Source of the DNA: Phallusia mammillata
Lineage: Eukaryota
Reading direction: 5' to 3'
DNA length: 64,000 bases
Assembly: GCA_965637545.1 (NCBI GenBank)
Contig: OZ281499.1
Coordinates: forward strand, 434,001-498,000
A program made the translations under genes and the position numbers. A model generated the notes under the pieces. The model did not search any database, had not been told where the DNA came from, and saw nothing but the letters and a program-made list of their open reading frames with translations. This document shows, one piece after another, positions 13,701-24,330 of this stretch. The stretch's first letter is position 1. Every line of letters begins with the position of its first letter.

Positions 13701-16700
13701 TTTAATCACAGTATACTCATATGGTAGTCCAGCTCCTCTTTTCCTCTCGTTTCTTTTGTTATCAACTTTTTGCAGTTGCAGTAACTCTGATAAAGGATAA
13801 GTGAGACCTCCAGACTTTTGCTCCACTAAAGAAATCAGCTGGCCCTGTGGTTGCATGGTTGACAACATGCTGACAATTTTGCTTACTTCTGTAAACTTGT
13901 TTTGCCTTGAAAAAACATATCCTCATAAATACTCTGTTGTGTCTAACTCTTTGTTACTTATCATAATAGCAAATCGACTTGTTTTTCTGCACCAGTTTCC
14001 TTGGTGGTTATGATGTCTAGCAATTGTTTTGGTGCCTTGATTTTTTCTTCAAATAAACTTAATTTTTGCTTCACAAAATTTACCCTTTGTTGACAGTTTA
14101 AAATGAGTAACTTTGAAAAAAAACAATCTTCGTTCAAGCTTGACCTTTCGTCTGTCCAGAGTTCCTGGTCTGGGCCGAAGTCGTTTAACATCAGTTCATC
14201 CCAGACTTTAATTCAATTAGTAATAACTTTATGCACCCTTTAATAAGTTAGATAAAATCACTTCAATGCGTTTAAAAAAGTACTAAAAAGATAAGACGTA
14301 CATTAAATACTCTCCAACAGCACAATAACAACCACACATATAGTAGATGCATAAAACCGACCACACAAGCCCAGCTTTGTCGTTTGCTTGCTCTTAAAGC
14401 CCCCCAGCCCAATGCAAGCATCCTACAAGCGTGCTGCGTTAAGCCTGACGGAAACAATAGCTTGACTGCCATATGAGCATACTATCATAGTCTATACATA
14501 CCCTAGTCCAGTGCTTGTCAACCTTTTTTGAAACTGTACACCCTTTTAACGTTTACTCAAAATTTGTACACCCTAGTGAAAAAATTATTCAACCCTGTAA
14601 CACACTAAATCTGTGGTCCCAACAGAAATAATGATGATGAGCACAACACCAACAAGCCATAATCCATAATTTCAAAAATAACTACCATTAACAACGATTA
14701 TCAAGTGAAATATTGAATTATGATGTCACAAATACAGTTTTGTAACTTAAAATCAACGTACACTTGAGATGCATGTTGTGCCATATATTGTACACTCCAG
14801 TCAGTCTGCTCTAAAACTGAAACCTGCCTATTGTGATGCCTGGGTCATAGGTATATTATATTTTGTATCTGGTACACCCCAGTACACCCCATCAAAATGG
14901 TACACCCTTTAAAAATTATGGTACACCCTGGGGTGTACAATACACCCGGTTGAAAAGCACTGCCCTAGTCTGAAAGCGCACATACATTAAAAGTGGGAAG
15001 CTACGCCATCTAGCGGTGGTGTGGCACTTTTGCAGGCTACAATGGAATCGGTATTAAGAAAAGACGCTATCGATGCGTTCTGTTCGTTTTTTTTACTTGG
15101 TCAGCTTTTAACTCATAAAAAACGAAGCAAAGAAGTTTTATTTTAAACTATATGTGATAAATTGTGTGTTTCAAACCGTATATGTCGCATAAAACTTATT
15201 AATATTAATTAATATTTGACTAAGCAAGTATATCGACCAGGCCCACCTAAGTTTTTTTTACCTTCCTAAAGGTTCCAACATTAATTGTAACGAAAACGTT
15301 ATTTAAATCGTACTCCAATATTAAAAGTTTCTTGCAATACACAATTTAAGTTGGTTTGCTGTTAACTAACCTAACAAATATTATCCATTATGAAACAATC
15401 GGATTGTCTTTATTATCTATAACAATGAACCACATAAACATTTCAAAGCACTTAATAAAAATCGACAGATTGTAAACAAAACGAAATTTTTCAACTGGAA
15501 ATGAAAATGAGTAATAATAGAGGCAATTAAGTACTGCTCAATACCAGGCTGTTGCAATTCATCACAAACAAAAAATGTAAACTTGTTTAAAATTCCATAT
15601 GGCCAAAACAAGGGGAGATATGGTGTTGACACAAATGATTGGGCTACAAATTTTTTAAAGGTTATGTTTTTTTAAAGGTTACAATCAACAACAAAACGAA
15701 AATGGATCAAGTTTGGTAGACTACCATCCCAAAATTTACCACAGAAATGCTTCACTAAATCAATTTCTTCCAGAAGAATCATTAGAAAACATGAGTTACC
15801 CCTAAAAATAAACATCAACTATGAATCACTTGAGAATTTAAGAGTCAGCCTTTAGAGCTGGTGAAAAAAATCGATTGGGAATTAAAAAAAGGCATAATGA
15901 ATGATCAATCTATACTGTTTTTTCTGAAGTGGAACCTGTTAAACAACAGTTTTTATGGAAGTCCGCAGTATCAAAATGTTGTCAATTCAGATCTCCAGTT
16001 TCTTTGCTTTATTGAAGGCATTCCTCTTCCAACCAACCATGATTTTTATTTAAATACACTCACAGGTCCAAATGCCATCAATATTCAAGTTTTTTTAAAG
16101 TCCCTTGAAACATATTGCTTGTGTCCCGGGTATAAAGAAGTTTCTAAACCTTCAGAGTGGGTTTCAGTTACCAAGTATAAACAAAGTTTTGGTCAATTTC
16201 CAGAAGCTGTCAACAGGTAAGGTCATCTACAAAAAATATTTTTACCATTTCCTTCTGTAATACACAAATATTTAAACATTTAACTAATATTCTGACATAG
16301 GTTCATGGCACATAACTGCAATATTGCTGTGAAAAACAAAAGATGTTTAAATTGTTTAAACCTTGAGCTCAATGAGGCAAGGGCCATGGAAAAAATGGAA
16401 ACATTTAAAAAACCAGTTCAGTCATTAGAAGGAATGCATCGATGTAGTGCAGAAAAACTGAAGATTCCACTTATTAAAAAAATATATATAAAAAAATTGT
16501 TGATTCTGTAAAGGCTAATGAGATTTTTTCTTTTGAAAATAAAAATTGGCAAGTATTGCAATGTATAGATATGTACGAATGACAGCATATTTCAACTCTC
16601 ACAGATGTATTAGAGAATATCGGAAAAAATTACAAAAAACTAAGGATTTCAAAAAGCCAATGAAAACAAAAATAGGTACATGGTAGAAGAGTGTTTTAAT

Positions 16701-19700
16701 GTTGTTTCTTGTCTCTATGTAAGCCTTGCTTTACAATGTGTGTTTGTACATAATTTATTATTAAAACATTTAAAATACTTATTGCAATAACTAGTCATTC
16801 TTGTGGAGTTTATGAACAAAATGCATCAAATATCCCCATAGTGCACAGTTAAAAAACAAGTTACTTTCTGACAGTTTAACACAGAAACAAACTTTGTAGT
16901 TTCAAATGTGTCTAATATACTTTAATACCATACCAACCTTTTTTACTGAATGGTCCACTATGACTCTCACAGATTAGTTACTTTATTCAAAAAGTAAACG
17001 ATACATACAGCGCGTTATGTTTAGCAAACTAAATTGGCAAAATCTCTCAGAAAGATTGCTAGCTACTGGCGAAGGGAGATTTTCCTAGTCAAATGAAGGT
17101 GTTGCACATATTTTCTCAAGCATGTAATGATTAAATAAAATTTTACATTACAATTTTACAGAAAAAAACTAATACAGTAAAAAAATTACCAAATACCACA
17201 CTTAAAACCCGCTAACCACGCGTTTTCTCAATACCGATTCCATTGTAGCTTGCAAAAGTGCCACACCACCGCTAGATGGCGTAGCTTCCCACTTTTAATG
17301 CTGTTTTTGCCATTGCGCTTTCAGACTAGGGTATGTAAAGACTATGATACTATATTTAAAATCATTGAGAAAGTTTAATTGTAAAATCTGTAGAAGCTGG
17401 GCAGGCTACAGGCTAACAGGCGTTAAATTGAAAACAATAAAGTCAAACCATTTGAGGTGACGATCATGTAGGCTACATATCTAGTCTGAAAAACAGTGTT
17501 TCTTACATCCTGAATGTTGGATCATTTTATGCTTTGCCATATCAACAAAAACAACATGCATTTTTACAAGTTTCTTATAAATCCGATTTTAATTTATAGG
17601 TTGTAACTAATATTTTTGGCACAATTTATAACCACAACACTAATAAAACATTCATGTAAGCGCCTTAACACTGTACATATGTTGACATTAAATATCAACA
17701 CTTCATTTGAGCGATTGCACATTTTAGCACCTGCACATTTTGATCTGCACATTTTGGCACCTGCACATTTTCAAAAAATGTGCGCACATTTTCACCTGCA
17801 CATTTTCGAGCACATTGTGCAAAAAACGCTCGCATGCCCGTCTCCCGCGCGTTGACAATTAAACACATTTTTGGTAACATCTGCACATGAGAGTATACTC
17901 AGTATACTCAGTAAATGGCTTTATAATTTAACATGAATCCCGATGTTAAACTGGTGTCAGTTTATCCACTCTTAACCATTATTGAGATTTGTCCAAGTTT
18001 AGGATCGCGTTTTTAAATCGTCAAGCTGTTAAAGCAGTTCAACAGAAGGTTTTTAGAAACTCTTGTTAAAAAAATTACTTTGTTGCCACGATTGTTTATT
18101 CCCCCAAAAAAGTAAACCTACCGACGATAATCTTGAAAACTTTTGTCACTTATTTCGGGGACTTTCCCAGTACAATTGCATTCGTCGCTCATATCAGGAC
18201 AATCAATGACGTCATTACACACACTTGACCTTGAAATGATCATGGAGTCGTTTCTGCACTGGAAGCACAATTGATTGTTGAACGAGGCTTTGGAGGAACG
18301 ACGGGTGTCCCTGAAAACGAAATAAAGGTCATTACTAAACTTATCACATCACCACAGATTGACCAAAAAACGCGTAAAATGATTTTTTACATGTTGCATT
18401 GTAAAAACGTTGCACGCCAAAAATCTAATAATTGCAAGTGTTGTTTCCTTTTTAGGCATAACGGAAGAGTGTACGCTTGCATTAGCTTTACCAAAACTTT
18501 TGTGTCGCTTCGTTATCACTTTCTTTCACATTATAACCTGGCAGTCCATATATTGTATTTAATTTACCAGTTCAGTTTATCGTAAGTTGTTTTGTGTGCT
18601 TATTTGCCCAAAACGTGTTTATCTTAATTTCACGATGTGTCTTTAACGTTTCTCACGTTAGTCCTTCTTCACATCTTTTCGTTACGTTCATTACCTTGAG
18701 TGTTTAATTGCTTTCTAAAACATTGTTTTCCACCTTAAGTGAATTTATTCCCCGGCATACTTTGCGCTCAATACAGCACCTTCACATCCCCTGTCGTTGC
18801 CTTACGCAGCATTTCAGCTACAACTTCTAATGTAACCAACTAAAGTAAGCCAGGCGATGATAATTGACCAGTGGGTTTCGACCACGTGACTCGTTAGTTT
18901 CCTATTAGTTTTGTCGCGAGTCTTTTTTGTTTGTTTTCAAGTCCTTTTGCGGGCCACGTGCTGTTAGGAGAAGTTCTTCCCCGGCTGTTAACTGTCTTAA
19001 AATTTGTGCAGTGACTTTGCCAAAATCTTACAGTTTTATTCCGTGTTTTTACACAAGGAAAGCAGTGCTCGAACGCGTCTTAACTAGGATTATTCATGGC
19101 TAGCCGTGAGTGCATTTTACGAAGGCTTTTGGCAACCAGCTGATGTATAAAGAACAACCGACCTAAAAACATATACATACCTCACATCGCCATTTTCGGG
19201 CGTGTAGCATAAGTCAGAGCCATTATCGCAATCTAGTACGCGGTCCCACAAGAACATTTGCGGGAGTAAGCACGTCCGGTTGTTCTTGACACATTTGAAG
19301 CCGTATCCGTTACTCCAATGTTGAAAGGCAGGACAGTCATTACAGAGATCGCCATCACACACAGTTGAACGCTTCCAACAAGTCGAATCCGGACACCGAA
19401 AGTGGGAGGGGCAAACGTCACAAGGTGTTTTATTCCGACACGAGATGTCACCCTTGCAATATTCGTGCCTCCGTAGCGCACAAACTTTACGTATTGGCGT
19501 ATAGTCGTGTATGTTGTCGCAGCTGTGAAAGTGGAATCATTATATTTTTACTATTATAATCACAGATCAAAGTGTAATAAACAACCAACATTATGGAATT
19601 CGAATGCGCGTGTTGTTGCTGGCGTTTACCCAGCACCCATCAGGGTATTTCCCATGGAAACGACCTAAAGTGGAGTATCTTTATACGGGAAATGTTTCAT

Positions 19701-20477
19701 CAACAAAGTAGTAAACGACAAATCAACACAACGCGTTAAATAGATAAGACTGGAGTGAAGAAAAATGTTGTTGCGATAAAAAATGTTCCTGGCGTTTTTA
19801 TAAAATTTTATTTAGTATTTATTTCTGCACTGTCAAGCACTTGAAGTGGCAAATAGAGTAAATAATCACATAAACGTCATTTGATAACCGACAAAGTTCA
19901 CCTGATATAGCTGGATGATAGGTTAGCAGGGTAGGTGGGAAATGTGACCCGTTTCTCGTCGCTTCCGTCTCCGCAGTCAGGATAATTATCGCAAAAGTAA
20001 CTTGAGTAAACTCTTCTCCCACCATCGCAAGTAAAATCTGCATTCAACAATCACAAACATATAATTGTTGGTCGTTTGATATTTGCGTCAAAGTGACAGT
20101 TGACGAATCCGCTACAACTGGACTATTTAAAAGCACAGCAGAAATATAAACATTACCCTTTAAAATTTAAAAGTTTAATTAAAGTTTTAATCATATAACT
20201 TAATGTACTGTCACTAAATAAACGTAGTATTACAAAAAGCGGTAGTTTGCTGTTTAATAATCAAGCATTTAAATTTACTCCCTGCTTGGCATGGAGCCGG
20301 TGCGATGAACCAAATCAAGGTTGCAGCGAAAATCATTACGATGAGATCTCTGAAAACACAACAGCGGCGTTGTTACATGAGTGACAAACTTGAACCTGCG
20401 TCTTCCCTGAGCGTGTTCTCATAATATACTTTACATGTCAGATAATTTGCTTACCTTTTCACGAAGTGGTGCATCAT
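7750..20477 (-). CDS. LDL-receptor class A repeat-containing rhodopsin-family GPCR (RXFP/GRL101-like 7TM, no LRRs), ~1,070 aa, 16 exons
   Basis: Phase-consistent exons with no stop found, approx.: 20477-20455, 20349-20279, 20037-19902, 19522-19181, 18310-18122, 12264-11878, 11810-11634, 11268-11190, 10046-9699, 9603-9472, 9407-9244, 9149-8853, 8791-8611, 8548-8372, 8309-8098, 8042-7750. Signal peptide MMHHFVKRDLIVMIFAATLIWFIAPAPCQAG, then multiple DCxDxSDE LDLa motifs. TM motifs: LRTVVWIMAFLAIFGNL, NLSISDLLMGVYL, TDFFCWVPI, LPINSSLNPLIYS. Confidence 0.9.
10078..11050 (+). repeat. Intronic tandem satellite, 122-bp unit x ~8
   Basis: aagatat(c/t)gcgtt recurs at 10118, 10240, 10362, 10484, 10606, 10728, 10850 and 10972, a constant period of 122. 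Confidence 0.97.
12360..12685 (+). repeat. 14-16 bp minisatellite (aaaatgtgcaggtc / aaaatgtgcaggtgcc) forming the left subterminal repeat
   Basis: Directly visible tandem array; a shorter reverse-complement array sits at 17716-17822. Confidence 0.95.
14509..14962. mobile_element. hAT (Charlie-like) MITE inserted into the left TIR of the P element
   Basis: TIR cagtgcttgtcaacc / ggttgaaaagcactg, perfect 8-bp TSD ccctagtc (14501-14508, 14963-14970), subterminal gtacaccc repeats. Confidence 0.93.
15004..15016 (-). promoter_or_regulatory. CTCF-like core motif in the left P-element TIR
   Basis: CGCCATCTAGCGG is the reverse complement of CCGCTAGATGGCG, which fits the CC(A/G)SYAGRKGGCR consensus. 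Confidence 0.55.
17269..17281 (+). promoter_or_regulatory. CTCF-like core motif in the right P-element TIR
   Basis: CCGCTAGATGGCG. Confidence 0.55.
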
Positions 20478-21660
20478 TCTTCCTGAATCTCTTACGCTAA
20501 GTTTTTTCAATAAACAATCAAAATTTTGCAAGTTTTTATATTGTGTATTATTTGAACAAAGTAAAAAAATTAACCGCAGGCTGCTTACTAAACCCGATAT
20601 ACTTAATTTCTATACCTCTGCGGTCAGAATGGTTTCCAAACGTATTTTCCGCTTTCAGCAAACCAGGCAGATGATTGTCACTTCCCAAGCCCCGCACGTC
20701 AGCAAGACTTCCTGTTACGGAAAATAAAATTGTTTTTATTATTTGTTCCGCTGTTTTCAGTCGCGAAATTACACAAATTAGTTTATGTGCACAAAATATT
20801 TACGCAAAAATGTCTCGAACTGACATTTATCACAATATAAAATTACCATGAATTCCGATAATGATGATGTTAATTGACGTTTCCTCAATTATTGCATAGG
20901 AAAAATTCCGATTTCATTATGGGTCGTTTAATTTAAACGCATGTGTTTACAATGGAACATTGATATAAAAATGCTCGTACGATGTTGTACGATGACCATG
21001 TTGACTACACTCTTGTACGAGGTTACATGGTTTGACACAAGGCTCGATTTAACATGATTTACAACTTGGACTCGGTTCTCACAAACAGAACACAACAGCA
21101 GGTTTTACAATTTTATGTTGATACAAAAACTTAGAGAAATGTTCTGCGATTTGATCTTGGTTTGAAAGCCATTGCACCGCGTCAAGGTGTCAACCCACGC
21201 AATGGGTTTCGTCTAAGGCAGTAGAGAAACCCTCGTTCGGTGCAGAACTACAACCGAAACGAGGAAAACAGACTGGCGCACGAAAAGCGCAAGCTGAAAA
21301 CATGGTAATAAAAGCGATAATGTCAACAACAAATGTGTTTTATGCAGATATAATACTGATAATATAGTAACAAACAGTTCAAACTTACATTATTGTTACA
21401 AAATTACAGTACAACTACAAAACTGTTTTCAAAACTGTTCGCACGCAAACACATAACGTTATAAAAATTATCTTTAAAATTCCATTACTGATTGACAAAC
21501 ATATACTTTTACATTTACTCTCATATACATATATAACTAATCCTACAAATCTATAAGCAACGTTAAACGATGGCGGTCCAACGGGTAGATTTCAAAACCT
21601 CAAATCGGGCAGAATCTATCACTTGTGTTTTCTTAAATTAAAAAAACTCTCCCCTATGGA

Positions 21661-21905
21661 GGGGATTCCCCCTACTTTGACGTAACGTGATAGAGGCGGG
21701 GTCGCACTAATAGGGATTTCCCCTACTATGACGTAACGTGTTAGAGGCGGGATCGCGCTAATAGGAATTTCCACCTGCTATGACGTAACGTGTTAATGGC
21801 GGGATCGCGCTTATAGGAATTTCCCCCTGCTATGACGTAACGTGTTAATGGCGGGATCGCGCTTATAGGAATTTCCCCTGCTATGACGTAACGTGTTAGG
21901 GGCGT
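21661..21905 (+). repeat. 51-52 bp minisatellite x5; units carry kB-like, CRE-like and E2F-like motifs
   Basis: tgacgtaacg recurs at 21678, 21729, 21781, 21833 and 21884. Confidence 0.95.
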
Positions 21906-22239
21906 GACATTGACGAAACTCAATTTGTTTCATATTAAAGCTACTATTTAAGTCCGTGTCTTGTGTACCTAATTAAACAAACTGTTCTCAATATTTGTTC
22001 CGCTTAAAACATTTTTTAAGAACGAAAGCATTTTTTCTTGTACATCAAAACATATGAGCAGAGGGTCTTACTTTCTTATACCGGGCTTATATACCATCAG
22101 GTAAAGTACTATACACAATACACATATCCATAAATACCTCAGGGGCATCACATTTTATGCAAGACTTTCGGCTAAAGACACGAAGTAAAATCCGACAGCT
22201 AGATTACGCTGTGGTATAAACTTATTATTTAAGTTTTTA

Positions 22240-22277
22240 GAGACTGACGATGCCTGCATAGGTGAAACATATATCTC
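22240..22277 (+). ncRNA. Minimal type I hammerhead ribozyme motif (Penelope-like), one stem III mismatch
   Basis: gaga-CTGACGA-t-gcct(gcat)aggt-GAAA-c-at-a-t-a-tctc: stem I gaga/tctc, stem II gcct/aggt. Confidence 0.65.
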
Positions 22278-24330
22278 GATTAACAACTTCGTGTCTACTG
22301 ATTTTGAGTCACAAGCATTTGCTACTTTATTATCGTTTACTGAAACAGTTTTGACTCATTGACCGTGGACATTAACATGGCGACTATTAGAGGGACAGAT
22401 CCTGTGCATTGCATTTATAAATCCCGGTCAAGGTTTTTTTTATAAATAGATAAAAATAATCAAAAATAACATTATAAATGGAAACTTGCTACTAAAACAT
22501 TTTCACTGCAACTTTCCACTCCGAAAAATAAAACAACTGACCGATAGAAACCTTCTTGCTTCTAATAACAAGCGGTTTCGGTTAGTTTTAATACAACGCA
22601 TTCAACAGATTTCTGCATATTTAACTGTTTGCATTTCGAAGCCGTCATTCGCATTCGCTCTATGGTTCACGTTTCAAAGTGTTGTGTTGTTCTTGGGACC
22701 TTTCGAGCAAGACCACAGTGCAAAGAAATATACTACAAAATTTCTACCTTATTTCAATCGTCTGAAGAAGCAGTGCTTTGTATTCAATACCATGTGCAAC
22801 TGGCAAATAACACATTTATCTTCCCAATGACCCGTTTGTGTTGAGCATTATAAAGTCTTGTTGTTAACCTGACTGGCGTCTGACCAAACTGCGCATGTTA
22901 AACACCATGAACAAAAAACTTTACAACAAGGCTGAAAGCAATTAAACGGGCGGCGCTTTTTCGTTTTCAAAGTCACGCCTTAAGCATTTCGTAAACTGCT
23001 TGGAGTTGTAAGGAATCGACTTAAACAACAGCACCAATCAAGCTATCTGTTTTCTGAAACGAACTGTTTGAGGTAGGCCTACACATCACGGTAGCCTATA
23101 TTTCACATGATCCGGTTAAATTATTAATTCAGCCAGACTAGGCTATATTCTGCACGTAATACTGCTAGATCACATGAACGCAGAATATGGAAATTTACTT
23201 ATGGCAATGTTGTATCTAATACATAAACCTAAGCCTAATTAGCCAGCTGGTAATACTGTTTCCAGCTCCACAAAATATGTTTAGAGCAGTTTAAATCAAA
23301 ATATTCAGCAAAATAGTTATATTTACGTCAAGGCCGCTATTATATATATTACGTTTGTACAAACTCGTCTCTGCGGCCGCAGGTTGTTCACCACTGCATA
23401 GCGGTACAAGAGTGGGTTTCGGGAAACTTTTCCATTGACATTTCGATTTTACGCAGTTTGCCGTTCCATAGACGGTTGTAGCTGGTAACGCTACAATATG
23501 GTGGGCTAAAAAACACGACAGCGACAGCAAATGGCGGACGCCACTCGTAATATATGTCGGTCGATGACGCAGTCTAATGCTGTTTGTTTTATTTTACTTG
23601 TGATGTGAGTAAAAACGACCATACGTCTACCATAAGCAACAATTAGTGTTACCCATCTAATGCGAAACATATGGAAAGATTTTTTAAAAAAACTGAGTAT
23701 TGTCAAAAAAGTTATCATCTATTTGCACATTCGTGAAATCATTTGGGTTCATTTAAGGTCGCGAATAAATGTTTTGCCGTATGCGTGGTAAAATCATGAT
23801 TGTAGTGTGATTTAAGCCTGTAGAGTTGCGACGTGACCAAAAAACGCGTATTGATGCGCGGCGTGCACTTAAACCGGTTCGTCCGGTTTTGAAACGGGAA
23901 GTACTTGGTTCTGAATTTGATTAATCTCATTAATCAGTCTTGTACTGTTATATATTACTCGCGCTGAAAGCAGAATTACTGCTCATAATTTTGTGAATAA
24001 CAAAGCCTGATGTTAGTCAGACAAACTTTTTTACAAGACTGAATTTCTGATAGTTAAGACAAACAGGGAAATTTGGCAATACCTGGTAAATATTGAGACA
24101 GTTTGAATTTTGTTGCTATGACAAATAAGTTTTCTGTCCAATCCCAATCATTACTGTGGTTTAATAAGTTTAGATAAGGGACAATTGTTGCATGAGTTAG
24201 TCATCAGTGCACTGTATATTTAATACTTGCATTGGTGCATTATAATTTGACCCAACAATGTTGTAACAATATATCTTTGTGTTAGTTGTAGATTTAGCTT
24301 TCTTTGAATAGTTTCCAATTAAAAACTGAC

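Larger units (their letters stand above)
14486..17346. mobile_element. Non-autonomous P-superfamily DNA transposon nested in the foldback element
   Basis: Termini CATAGTCT...AGACTATG, ~120-bp TIRs (14486-14508 plus 14971-15065 vs 17221-17346), and a 7-bp TSD atactat (14479-14485, 17347-17353). Cys-rich ORF remnants at 15861-16511. Confidence 0.85.
12338..17844. mobile_element. 5.5-kb foldback-type DNA transposon relic with minisatellite subterminal inverted repeats (MULE/Rehavkus-like; superfamily uncertain)
   Basis: TSD (c)ccgcgcgt at 12329-12337 and 17844-17852. Imperfect termini caacagggc... and ...gcccgtctc. Arrays of aaaatgtgcaggt(c/gcc) at 12360-12685, inverted at 17716-17822. Decayed minus-strand ORF at 13560-14191. 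Confidence 0.8.

Noticed and set aside
21741-21923. Repetitive ORF or CRISPR-like array
   Set aside because: 51-52 bp tandem units with no variable spacers.
22486-23530. Possible divergent gene upstream of PGM1
   Set aside because: Short ORFs overlap a hAT-like end (~23358-23397) and at most faint transposase-like residue; no coherent exon chain.
24304-24330. TTG-initiated N-terminal extension of PGM1
   Set aside because: Eukaryotic gene; the ATG at 24331 gives the normal PGM1 length.
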